Source: Psammoneis japonica
Taxonomy: Eukaryota
NCBI GenBank assembly: GCA_008632985.1
Contig: QPGO01000034.1
Span: 511,311-575,310 of the forward strand
Direction: 5' to 3'
Length of the DNA stretch: 64,000 nucleotides
Position 1 is the stretch's first letter. Each line of letters begins with the position of its first letter. Positions 37,976 through 50,619 of this stretch are shown here, one piece after another. The notes below the pieces were generated by a model. The model was not told where the DNA came from. It did not search any database and worked only from the letters and a program-made list of their open reading frames with translations. The translations under genes were made by a program, and so were the position numbers.

Positions 37976-38799
37976 ATGATGGCTCCAACGACGGGATGGA
38001 TCCTTTTTGCTGCTTTTTTCTTTCTTGAATTAGCTGAAAGTTTCAGTTTTCTTTCGATGGATCCGCAGAGAACGTCATCCATTCGAAGAAACCGCGACGT
38101 GGCACTGTTGCAATTGTCATCACGTGCGGAAGACGAGGCGAGAAAGCTTCGTAAACAAGCAGACGAACTTCGCAAAGAAATTTCTACATTTGAAACAAAG
38201 AAAGACGATATTGTGAAAGAAGAAATGGAAACCCAAAGGCAAATGCAAGCCGAGAAGCAGCAGACACGCATGCGGTATTCCGCTGAAGTTCCAATTCTCA
38301 AAGGCAACGGCGAAGCAGTTTTGGAACGTGTGGACTTCCCCCCTCGCTTCGACAACGGTATGTTGAATTTTGTTCCTTTAAGGGATGGTAAAAAGAGTCG
38401 GATGTGCTCACTATATCGTTGTTTATTGATTCCTGACTTTTGAAAGGAGAATCAAGAATAGAAACCTGCGAGGCGACTCTGCCTCTTGGCATTATTCTAG
38501 GCGAGGATGAGGACATTGCGGGGGCAACTCGGGTAGATGAAGTTGTGCAAGGTGGGAATGGGGAATTGGCTGGTGTAAAGGAGGGAGATTTGCTTCGGGC
38601 CTGTACAGCTTGTCAAGTAACGATGGAAACTCCAACGTGGCAGCTTTTAGCAGGAGGTATTGGTCAGCCCAAAACGAAAAGGTTTATGTATTCCGTTGAC
38701 GGGAGACCATTCGAGGAAGTAATGGATGCGATAGGTTCAAATCGAATGGATCCAGAAGAGCGTCCAGTTGTACTTGTGTTGGAACGACTGGATGGTTGA
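37976..38799 (+). CDS. Predicted plastid-targeted protein with coiled coil and PDZ-like domain; intron ~38358-38446
   Basis: Signal WILFAAFFFLELAES-F; PDZ-like LPLGIILGE..RVDEVVQGGNGELAGVKEGDLLRA..PVVLVLER. Confidence 0.7.
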
Positions 38800-39251
38800 A
38801 GTCTTTGAGAACTTGATGTACGTGCTAATAGAGAGCTTTTCTGTCGATAACCGCTCATCCTCTTTTCTTAGAAATACAAACGCACCTTTTTGGCAAATCC
38901 TCGAGGTGCCCTCTGGAGAGGATTCCATTCGAAAACCAGACTCGACGGAACAGCAAGTACATGAGTTCAAGCCATGGGATGCCCCATTGCGAACATCAGC
39001 GTAACCTCAACGGCAAGTTGCAGTGCCTCACCCCGGTTCTTGTACCATTGTAAGATCGAGGATTTGAAAAACATCGCGATGATTCATACTTGTAGCAAAT
39101 CGTATTTAACAATTCATTCAGCCGCCCTGTACGAAAAGAAATAGAATTGGGTTTTGCGCGCAATTTGCCATTTTAACCCATGATTTGAGCGGACTCTGGC
39201 GCCGGGGTCCACTCTTGCGATGGGGTTTTGGCTGTCCTGACGGACTGTTAT

Positions 39252-39365
39252 ACGATTGACACCATGAAATGGGTCTTTGACATTTGGTCTCAACACGTAG
39301 ATTCGTCACGATTGACACCATAAAATGGGTCTTTGACATTTGGTCTCAACACGTAGATTCGTCAC
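39252..39365. repeat. Two tandem copies of a 56-bp unit just downstream of the CRE ORF end
   Basis: 39252-39307 and 39308-39363 are identical except G39266/A39322. Confidence 0.95.
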
Positions 39366-39369
39366 TTTT

Positions 39370-41200
39370 GGCTTGATCTAGCAATTGTGCAGGGATGGAT
39401 CATCAGCACCGTCTTCCCATGAAGGATGTCTGGCACCACTCTGAAATTAATGATGGGATTCGCGAGCCTCATGGGCAAATGTGGGTTGCCCTCACTGTCG
39501 TGACGACTCGTGACACTCATTCTTGCATTGACAAAACTGCACAATTCCAAGTGTGGCTTTTGCCATTTGTCAGCCAGTCATGCTGCCATCATTCGCAGGG
39601 TTGCCTTGGCCTCTTTGTCAAGCAGTCCATTGTTTCGTGATGCCATGAAAGCAGAAGGTGTGAAATGATGATGTTGCTCAAGGCATGGCTTGAGACACAT
39701 GCATTTTTTCTTTTTCTTTGTGGTCCAGTGGAACAATTTCTGGAGTTTCCTGGACAAGTGTGACTTGACATCCGTGTCAGCTGCTCTGAGGACATCCATG
39801 ATGGCATCAGCCATTCTTTCCCACACACCACAGACTGAGATGTCTCTGCATGATGGTTGCCATCTCTCAACTTGCATGAGTTTGTGGCCACACTCAGCAA
39901 ACCATGAGATTGATTCTTTTTGGCATTTGGACTTGCTGATGCAGGGGTTGATGACAGGGATGATGAGCTCCAAGGAAAGCTTCATTGCCTTGATCAATGT
40001 GGTCATTGAGCTTCTCACGAATCTCATCTTGTCATGAGATGCTGAGGAGCAGCCCACCCTTCTTGAATTGAAGGGCATGATGGGTGGAAAACTTGTGTCC
40101 ACACCCACCCCAGCACTTTGGCAGAACAGGGGGGTGCAACTGCACTGCAGTCAGCGATCATTGTGCAAAGAAGTTGAAATTGACCACTGAGTCAAAAGTC
40201 TCCCCATGAAGGGCAAGCAAATTCAATCTTCATGAACCCTTGTTGTCACTCTTTGCAACCACCCTTTCATGAGTTGGCCCATCTACAATTCACTGCAACT
40301 GAACATTTTGACATCTTTGCAAAGCTCTTGACAAGGGAATTCAGCACCATTCAGCACCAACAGGTGTGATGATCACCATGGCCATGTGCCAGTCTTGGTG
40401 CTGCTGAGCTTCCCAGCACAGCTCAGGCCATCACTTTGGACAAAGTTTTGAGAGAGCTGTTTTGAGTGTTTCCTTGTGCACTTGCACTTTCCTCAGCCAT
40501 TTCTCACCTCACTTCTCAAATCATGTTCTTGCAGCTGGCTAAGGCAAACTTTTTGTGTGTGCAGCCATCCAGAGTGATTTGATCTTGCAAGAGTGTGAGC
40601 ACTCACTTTGGTGCAGCTGGTGTGCACAGCAAGCTCCATCAGATGAGGAATGGACAGCACTGCAGACTTTTTTCAACAAGGCCATTCTCAGGCTGTCATC
40701 TGCCAGAGGGTTTTGCTGATCAGTGCAGGAAGAAATTGACATTTTGCTTTGACTGCATCTTCTGCTTTCTCAAACAATTTGTCACAGGCCTTGGCTGCTG
40801 CATGCATTGTGAGTGCTGCCACTCATGCTGAAGGGACTTTTGAAAACCAGCACAAGCAGTTTGCAGGTGCCAGTGAGTCAACATTTTGGCAAGCCTGCCA
40901 ACCCTCAAGGACTGTGCCTTGGGTGTTTCAACTGTGCACTGCTGCTGGTCTTGTGCTCCTGTTGCTCACACCAACATGATGCCTCTTCCTGGCTGGGGGC
41001 ATCTGTTGGGACAAAAAGAACATTTTTGTTGGAGTTGTGGGCAGGGCAGCACTCATGCTTGGGACCTTGGTCTTGGGATTTCATGACTTGCTGGCTGGCC
41101 ACACTTGGTTCTTGCCAATCCCCAACTCACCACATGGGCTGCAAACACATTTCCATTGCTGCACCAACCATTGCCATGTGTCAACTGGGTGCAAAAGCTG
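39370..41200 (-). mobile_element. Decayed CRE-clade non-LTR retrotransposon (RT C-terminus/thumb + restriction-like endonuclease)
   Basis: Minus-strand fragments: QGPKHECCP..NKNVL (cf. GP.YGY.P..KS.L), HLQTACAGFQKSLQHEWQH (cf. YPQTAYAG.QKSLQ.EWQ), KTGTW..LNGAE, DISVCGVWERMADAIMDV..DTDVKSH, CLEQHHHFTP, GLLDKEAKATL..LADKWQKPH..FVNARMS, IVRATHIC. Confidence 0.82.
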
Positions 41201-44200
41201 GAAAGTGAGCACAAAAACCACTGCTCACAGGAGTTCTTGTGAGTGAAAATTCACCATGTCATCAACAATCATCAATGCATCCTTCACTGCAATGTTGTCT
41301 GTCCTGCAAAGTCTGTCTTGTGGCACCCCAATGTTCCAACACACTCCTTTGCATGAGCCATCAATTGATTGACCATGCCGCCCAATGCCACTTTGACCTC
41401 TCCACCAATTCCCGTGGCACTCATCATCATCTGGTTCCACCAATGAACAATGACCATCATCATTGAGCAAAGGACAGTCTTTTTTGAATTGCCCAACCTT
41501 TTTGCATTTCCAGCATTGGATCTGCTTCTTCCTTTTTGCACAAAGCTTGTGCTCTCTGGTTTCCTCTGTGCAGGTCTTTCACTTTCTACCTCAGATTCAT
41601 GGCGCCACACCCCCTCTGCATGTTTTTCTGTGCAAGCTCTGGTGCAGATGTCACCTTTCTCTGATGGTGCAATGATGGTTCCCACCTGCCTGTTCAGACC
41701 ATTCTTTCTTCTGATGATGTGCCTTTGTTCCAAGATCATTGGCAATCTCATGCAGCAGAGATTGTTTGGTGTTGACCCCCTTTGGTCATTTGCTTGTCAC
41801 TCTTCTTGGCATTTTTCCGTCTTGTGTGCAAAATTTCTGCACAAATTTCAGTGCTGGAAACTCTGCATGTCCAGCAAGCCATTTCAGATGGACAACTTGC
41901 CAAACTGTCAACTGCTCTCTCTCCACACCTCTCAAGTGTTGAAGACCCCCCTTCCACCTGTTGTCAATTTAAGCTCCATGCTTCATGCAGTGAACAATCT
42001 TCTGTCATTGCTGCTCTCAGAAATTTGAATTTGAGACCAACTCAGTGCACATTGTCCTTTCCTTCTGTGTGCGGACCATTTCTCACAAGTTTCAGCAAAC
42101 TTTCTGTGTGTCTTGAAGGTCATTTCTCAGATGATCAACTTGCCAAACTGTCAACTGCTCTTGGTCCATGCCTCTCTGGTGTCTGTGACTCCCCTTCCAC
42201 CCATTGTCTGTTTGAGTTCTCTGCCCCATGTGGCAAACAGTCCTCTGTTGTTGCTGCTGCTGTGAGTTTGAATTCAAGACTGGCTCAGCATGAGTTGGTG
42301 GCCAATTTGTGCTCTGCTCTTTCTCATGTTGCAACCATTTCTAGACTGCCAGTTTTGCCTTTGCCACCAGATCCAGTCCCAAGGAGAAGACGTGATTGCA
42401 GTGTCAAGTGCTTTGATCTTGAAGTCTCATTTTGTTGGCCCTGCATTTGTTGCTTCCAGCTGTTTCTGGTGGGTGCCACAGCCTTGTGGCATCAATCTTG
42501 ACCAGCTGTTGTGCACCCCTGCTGCATCACATGATGTGATGTTCTGGGGCAGTGTGGGTTGGCTTGTTGCTGGAGCTGCAGGGTGGAAGTGCAGCAGCAC
42601 TTTAAATGCAGAATTTGGGTTTTGTTTTAACTGTGCAGGTTTTTCAAGACATGCCAACATTCCTTGGTGCCTTCCATTGGCAGTGCCGCTGACAACATGT
42701 TTCTTTCTTCCTTCCTTCTGGGTGTCACCAGCATCCTTCCTGGCCTGAACCAATTTTCTTTCTTGGCAATTTCTTCTAGGATGAGACTGCTGCACCAGGA
42801 CCCTTTTGCCACATTGGCAATGCTCATGAGCCAATCACAACAATCTTGAAGCCCTCTCCTTCATTTGGACAAATGAGCACCAACTGAGTCCAAGTGTCAA
42901 CTGCCTGGACATGTGCGCAAGCAGATGATTCTCTCTCACTTGCACCAAACAGGGTTGACTTGAAAATTTCCAATGGCGCCACCATGCCCCACTCCTTTGG
43001 GATGCTCTTGAGCTCTGTCACTCCTCCCTCAGGCTTTGTGATGGACAGATTTTGTGCACTGTCCCATGATTGTGTCAAACACCTTTGCCTTCTGCATTTT
43101 GTGGATCATGCCCTGTTTCACACAGTGTTGTGCTGTTTCTCCCAGACAGCCTTGTCCTTCTTCTCTGATGCAATGTCACCCCAATGGATGTCCTGGCTCC
43201 TCCAGTTTGTTCTCCTGCTCCAGAGACACCAGCACCTGCATCTCCAGCCTGAACATTCTCTTTTGTTTTTCTCATGGTCTTTGTGCAACCAACTGCTTGG
43301 TGACCCAACTCTGCAATGGCGCCATGCACCTGCTCCTTTGCTTGGATCTTCTGTGCTCTTTGCTTGGCTGTGTCCCATTGCCCACATTGTCCCAGCCCAA
43401 CACAACCTTGCCTCACCCTCTTTGCCTCAATGACATGGTCAACTTGCATTCACAACTCATGTTCAGTTGTGAGTCTTGGCTGTGCTCACTTTTCAGCTTC
43501 TGCACTCAGCCAACATGCATCAGAGAGGCAAAAAGGCTGCACAAATCACAGGCCATGTTCCCCTGCCTTCAAGTGGTGTGCACACTGCTTCACTTGTTGC
43601 GTTGACCCACCACTGACTGAATTTCACAGTTGTTTGTTGGTGTCTCGCCTTCTTTGTTTGTTTGCATGTGTCCTTGTTTGTCCTTTGCTCAATTGTTGTC
43701 CCACATCCAGAACGTGTCATTTTCCACATTCTGACTTTAACTCAACAATCAACAAGCCTGGCCAGCATGTGTTTGTGCATTTCCCAGCAACTGCACCAGT
43801 TTTCTTCTTGCTTCACTTGCGTTCAGTGACATTTCCAATGCCCGATTGAAACATGTGCATTGAAACATGTGCACTTGATGCAATCATGTTGTTTGTTGAC
43901 ACAATGTGTTGTGGTGGCAGCAAGAACAGCAATGCAATCACAAACGCACACTGTGCATTGAGTGAACCAACTTGCATTGAAAAAACTTCATCCGTTCTGT
44001 AACATTTCTGCAGGAATTTCACTGCATCAACTGTTGTTCACTGTGTCTGGACCAAAGTTGACAGGGGGGGATTTGTGCAGCCTTCATGGCACCTTTTTGT
44101 TGCAACAATGTGGCCAATTGCATCACCTCCACTTCTTCATCCCACCCAAGACAAGCCGGTTGACTCCACTGATGAGATGGTTCTGAAAACAGCAACAGCA

Positions 44201-47200
44201 GCATTCTTGATGCTCCATTGTGTGATGACCCAAGTGTGAGTGCTGCTGTTGGCATGCCATTAACATCTGTGGAGAAAGTGTGCATCCGTGCACTGTGGGT
44301 GCTCCCTTGAGCACTCTCTTGCTCATGCAGACATCAACAACAAAGAGGAAGAATCATCTGACTTCTTCTGGAGTGGTGCTGATGGTGGCACTGAAGTGTC
44401 CTCTGGTGATGACATGCACTCCATTGGTTCAGCAGATTCTGGCAGCACAGAACTGCTGCTGGAGGTCATTCCTCTTGCAAACAATGAGTTTGTCAAAGGT
44501 TTGCATGATGAGAGTGCCCATGCTGATGATGATGATGACAACAATGATGATGATGCCACCAAAACCAAGTCAGTCACTCCCAGAAAAACCAGTGCAGTGA
44601 AAAGATGCAGTGCGCCACTGCTGACTCTTTTTGCATTTCCCGGTTGTTTGTTGAGTTGCCAATCTCCTTTTTTCTTTTTTTGCAAGTCATCAAGATGGAT
44701 GGCTGTGTGACTGTGCTCACAAGTGGCAATTGTCAATGTTGCATTGCCAAACATTGATCTAAGAGGACAATGGAAATGCAACAGGCAAGGAAGGCCTCCC
44801 TTCCCAGTCTCAATTGGAGGCCCACCCCTTTCTTTCTGGCACTGCCTTGTTTGTGGTGCAATTCTAAGAATGGATTGTGTCACTTTTTTGAGCAAGCAAC
44901 CACTGTCAATGATGTCACATTTTTGTCACATGCTGCAGTGAGTTCTGCTTCCACCACTCATCTTTGTGCTGTCTTCCTGCTTTCAACATCCAACCCATGC
45001 ACCTGGTTGTTGTGCTCTTCCCACAATTCCCACCATCATTTCCAAATGGAGGATTCGATCTGCACAGTCCAGTCTGGGGGTGTTTGTTTTCTCCTTGACA
45101 CTGGTGCAGGAGTCCTGAGTCGTGGAGACATCTGGGCTGGAGCAAGTTCCACAGAGTGGAGAAGCAATGCTGAAATTTGATGCCACCCCATGTCTGTCTG
45201 AGCCTTCCACAAAGCTCAACATCTGCAATCAACATCCTCTTGACAAGCCACTTCATCATTGAACCATGTTTACAATGAAGAAAGCAAGAAGTCCCAAAGA
45301 CATGGCATCACATCAAGTTGATCACAATGCTTTTGGAGGCATTGTAAAGATTTGTGGCACAGACTCAGAGCTTTGCCATGTCCACAGTGGAGACTCCTCT
45401 TTTCCTCCCTTGCATTGAGTTCAAAAAAGGCAACACCCACCACTGGTGCAAATTGGTCTTTTCTCAATGCTCAAAACCAAAGATGTTTTTGTGGTTGCAG
45501 CAAAAAATCTTCTGCAAGACATCGGCACCAGCACAAAAGTTCAATCCGGCAACATGGTGAAGAACATGCTTAAGACAGGCCTGGGCACCATCAGGGACAT
45601 TGTCTCTGACAAGGCCCGTGGTGAAAAAAGCTGCCCATTGTTCTGAGCTTGTGGAAGAGCAAATGTGCAATGCATTTTCAAGGACATGCAAGAATCTCAA
45701 CCACCAGAAAATGAAGAATTTGGCAATCATCTGCTTGAGGGTTCATGACTTGATGTGCCGGCACCTCAAGCCAAAACAGAAAAAGAAAAGTTCACCTTTT
45801 CCACAAAAGTCCCATTTTTCCATGTGGGGCAGTCTGCCTGGGAATGGTCAGAAGAAGAACGGTTCTGGATCTGCCAAAGGCCAGTCTTTTGTCCAACCCT
45901 GCCAGTCCCTGACTTGAACTCCATTTCAAACTGTGCTGCACTGTTGTTGTTGTCATTGTTGTTGTTGTTGTTGTTGTTTGAAATGAGGATCCCTTGTGCC
46001 CTCCAAAAGAAAGAAGGATGTGGAACAGCCATCCCATCAACACTCTCATTGTCCCTCCACAGCCATCCCAACACCCCCCTCCTCATGCAACTTGTGCAGG
46101 ACCTGGATGGCAACAGTGGCAACATCTCCATTGCTGATGGCAAGTGCACCCCTGGAATCTGAGTTCATTGCTGAACAATGACCCCCATCTCCATTGCTTT
46201 GGAGGACTGGGAAACTCATTTCCCACAAGAGTGCCAACATGTCCCACCCCCGGCTTGCAAAAAATTGCCAAGGTCGCTCCTTGCATTCACGCATTTTGCA
46301 ATGGGGTCAACAAAGATGGCAACATCAACAAGGACAAGTTCAACCATGAGCTCATTCTGCATCACTCCCCATTGGATTTCTGCCTGCTCATGGACCTCTG
46401 CATTTCAACACATTCATTTGAGTCAGAGAGGCCACTTCTCAATCCAATGTTGCACTCTTGTGAGTTGAGCACTGTCCCTTCCCAAGCAACCAAGATCTCA
46501 GCCAGTCAAACCACACTCCATTCCAATGGCAAGCTGTTTGAAAAGCATTTTTCTGGGCTCAAAGTCCACTTTGGTGCACTGACCTGTTTTGTTTTGGAGC
46601 ATGGCACCAGCAATGAGAGGCATGACAAAAAATGTCCTGGAGGGCCGATGCACAATTGTTGAGTCAACTTGGTTGCAGTGGACAGAATTGTGTTGTTGGA
46701 GCCAATGGCAAAGCAGAGCTGGCACCACATCTCCTTTGCATGGCTTGCTTCAACAAATTCAAAATGAATGATGAGGAAGAATTTTCCCTCCAAGTGAAGG
46801 CCATGTCAGCTGATGCATTCAATTGCACACAGCTCTGCCAGGATGAGTGGCACATTGAATGTTTTGATTTGCCAACTTCTTGCAACAACAACAAGGAGCA
46901 GACACATAAAGTTTGGCCAACAAGTGCAGGAGGAACTTGGTGCTGAATGTGCTGGGAACAAGAATTGCATGATCCAGCTGAAGAACATGAGCCAAGGTGG
47001 CAGGACATGTGAGCATGAGGGCAACCAGGACTGCATTGGATGTCTCAGCTTGTTTGGGATGGACAAGGTTGGAGACTTTTGAAAATGTTGTCCAACAGCC
47101 ACCATGGCAAGGCAGGAAATTGCTGCATCAGCAAATTTGGAATGAGAGACCTCAAGGCAAAGGTTGGTGTTTTTGCTTGTGCCATTGACCACAACTGCAC

Positions 47201-50200
47201 CAGGTTCACAGGGAGTGCTCTGGTCCACTTTGTTTCTGCAAGGGTGATCTGTCCCATTGTCACCAAGAAAAGTTCTTCCTTGATGTGGAGTCTTTGGCTT
47301 TCTCTGGTCAAGACCCTGCTTGTGCACAACATTCATGATGACTTGGGTGTTTGTGGTTGTATGCAGCTGGCAATCATGGCAAGTTGTCAGACTGGCTTCA
47401 ACTGGCTCTTCTACATGGCCACCAGGAACTTGGACAAGCTGCGCGGAGCTTCAGACACTGCCACACTCATTTGTTTCCACAACGCCATTGAACTTTTTGG
47501 AAGAGCTGCTGGGGACATTGGAGCAACCCCTCATCACATGAACCCAAGTGGGCACAATTTCATCAATGTGCACTGCAATGATGCAAACAACAATGACAGT
47601 GGGGATGATGAAAGTGTTGGATCTGCTGCCAAGGACAGTGGCAAGAAGCACCACCACACCTGCACCAATGAATCCAGCTGCAATCCTCTTGGAAAGAGGC
47701 AATGCATCAAATCACCAAATGAGATGATTGCCAATGGTCAGTGTCAAGGGGTGAACTCAAAAATTTGGTTGTGAACCTGAGAATCAACAACATGACATTG
47801 GACGTCATTGCCCTGCCAGAGTGGATTGTGCAAAAACAGGCACTCAAGTGCAAAACTTCTGTCACACTCTCTTGCACCAGTTGAAGAAAACATCTGTGCA
47901 AAATGTTTGCTGGCTGGTCTTGTGAAACCAACATCACCAAGTTCCAGTGATGACAATTCTGCAAATGCTTGCCAGATGTGGCACAATCATTCTGGGACAC
48001 AAAGAAGATCTGTGGGACTCAGTTTGTCTGGCAACAAACCTTGGTGCTGCAAAGCAACTTGCTCACCTGATGAACAATTAAAGGGTGGAAGCATTGGAGA
48101 TCATTGTGCAAAATTTTGGAGCTGCCTGTCACAGCAACAACTGCAAGGAGTGTGTCACCTGTGACAGCCACAGAGACAGAATCAAAGATTTGACAAAGAA
48201 ACATTTGTCAAGAATCAACATCTCTTCTCTCCCTCATTGGTGCAGATGGCATTGCTGGCATTTAAAAACATGGGATGTGACACTGGGAGAAGACACCAAC
48301 TCTGCCAGAAAAGCCTGTGCCGATGAATCTTGGGCAGACAAGAAAGTTGATGTTGCTGCCAATTCAATTGACAACAAAGACAAAAACCGACAGCACCAAT
48401 GTTGAGGCTGGTGGGATTGGGGACACTCCCTCAGATGATTTCATTTTTGACAGTGCTTTGACACAGGAAAAAGGAGGAGACCAAATGGATGCAAGCAATG
48501 ACAAGGCACTGATTTGCTGATCTGCCAACCAAAGACACCATTGTCAACATCCCCCCCCCCCCCCAGGAGGTGCAAATTTGACAGTGAGTTGGATGGAGCA
48601 AATGAAGCAATCCTTTGAAAACCTTCCAGGATCAAGGTCAAGAAGGTGCTTTTCTTGTGCATGACACAGACCAAAGACATTGACGTTGCACCACAATGTG
48701 CTGGATGGTGCCAATGATCATTTTTTGTTTTGTCATGACACCAAGCTGCAATCCAGCGCAACTGGGCTGCCAGCATGGCAGCAATTGTTGTGCAACTGTG
48801 GCCACTCCAGGCACAAAGATTGCAAATTTTGCACAGCATCTCTCAGCAATGGACATAAAGAACAACACCTGAGCTGCAACAAGTGTGGCCCCAACTTTCT
48901 AAATCAAATGCTGAGCAAGTTTGGAGGCAATTTTGTGGAAATCAACATGGACTTTTTCTGGTTGCAAAAGGGCTGGTTGAGCAATCAACTCAGAAAAAGC
49001 TTCTCTTCAGCAAGATGACACCAGATCCAGGGGTCGCAATGAAAAAGAAGATGGAGCCTTCTTTGTGCCTTTTAACATTGAGACATTTGCTGGTTGCACC
49101 AAACACAAAAACACAATGCAGTTCTTCATTTTGTCACCCCCACAACTGGAAACAAAAGTTTTGCTTCACAAGCCACGCTGTTGCAGTTGCTTGGATGAAT
49201 GGTTGTGTCACAAGAAACTGGGGCTGGACTGCCAATGCCAGGTGGAGAAGCACCTCACTGATGTCTTGCACCAGGAAATCAGGGAGTTCACCACAGAACA
49301 CATGTGTTCTTGGGCTGTTGAAGTGTGGGCTGGACCAAGGAGCAAGCCCCAGCAGGTCAACATTTGTCAACAAATTTTCTTAGGAAGAGGCAACACATGT
49401 GACAACAGTCATTGGTGTCTTTGCCAGCCAGAGACCAAAATGAGCAATCTGACCATTTGGTGAGATTCCTGGGTGCTGTCCCTGACAGGAACAGACAAAA
49501 CTTGGCCGTGACGGCATGACAAACAACAGTGTCACTCAAATGGGTCAAAACACCAAGAGTGCAGTGACGCACATCAAGGTCAACTTCCACTGTGCATTGC
49601 TGTGTTTCTGTTGCACATTTTCCCAAACTTTTTCCCAAATGAAGTTCCTTGTTCACCATGTTGGACAATGTGGATTTTCCTCTGAGGTTTCCTGACAAGC
49701 AAGACAATTGCACTCTTGCCCAGCTGATGGATGCAAGGCAAAAACTGCAGGAGGGTGAGTGGCACATCTGCCCAGCTGCTGAGAGCATCACATTTGCCAC
49801 CTCAGCAACTTTGGAACAACTCAAGATAAAATTGACACTCTTTTGCCCCATGAGGGAAACTGGCTGCATTGGTTGCCATCATGTTGAACAGAACCAACAA
49901 ATGTGCAATCACTGCGTTGGGCTGGCAGACCAACTGGGACACCACATTTGGGGAAGTTTCCCAATGTGCAAGCCATCACAACTTGTTGCTGCCAGTGCTT
50001 CATCAATGCCCACTTTTTTTGAGAAAGCAGAAGGATGGTGCATGGAGCTTGACATCAAAGACACTCCTTTTCAAGGAGAGGATGGACCCATGCACTTTCA
50101 AAGCCAAGGCCCCTTCAACATTGTTGACATGCCAACAGCTGACAAGAAGCTGCAACAAAAGAACAGATTGATGGCAAAGAGAAGCAATCTGAACATTGCT

Positions 50201-50600
50201 TGCAAAGGCCCTCATTGTCAACTGCACTCAGTTGATGTGTGGTGACTTGTGTGCTGCTTGGCTGTGTCCAGAGATGCACAACCAGCTGCAAGTTGTTGAC
50301 AACTTGCCACCAATCATGCAAAAAAAATCATCCATGATTTCCTTGAGGTTGTGGCAGTGCCTGCATCAATTCCAACTGACAAAAATCATTGACAATTTGC
50401 TGCCAATCATTCCTGAAGGAAAACATGGTGTGTTGGGGCCCAGTTTGTGTTTGTCAGCACAAGAAGCAAGACACACAGAAACCTCTGCTGAGTGATGCAA
50501 AACGGCCCAGCTCCATGTCAAACTCACAGTTCTTTACATGTTGTGTGGGAGCCACCTTGTCCCTGCCCAAAAGCTGCACTTGTGTCCTTTGCCATTGGAC
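41200..50600. pseudogene. Series of decayed transposon-cargo-like coding remnants (mostly + strand), families not securely identified
   Basis: Extreme TpA/CpG loss. Residual protein-like frames at 41782-42501, 44288-44620, 46144-47774 and 49065-50245. Confidence 0.5.
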
Positions 50601-50619
50601 TCGCCTGTCTGTTGTGCTG

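Noticed and set aside
39125..39140. CCCTGTACG as a possible left TIR of the large element
   Set aside because: No inverted counterpart found near the right boundary (~55750-55880).
45940..45978. (GTT)n tract read as poly-Asn/Thr/Leu
   Set aside because: Simple microsatellite inside decayed TE sequence.
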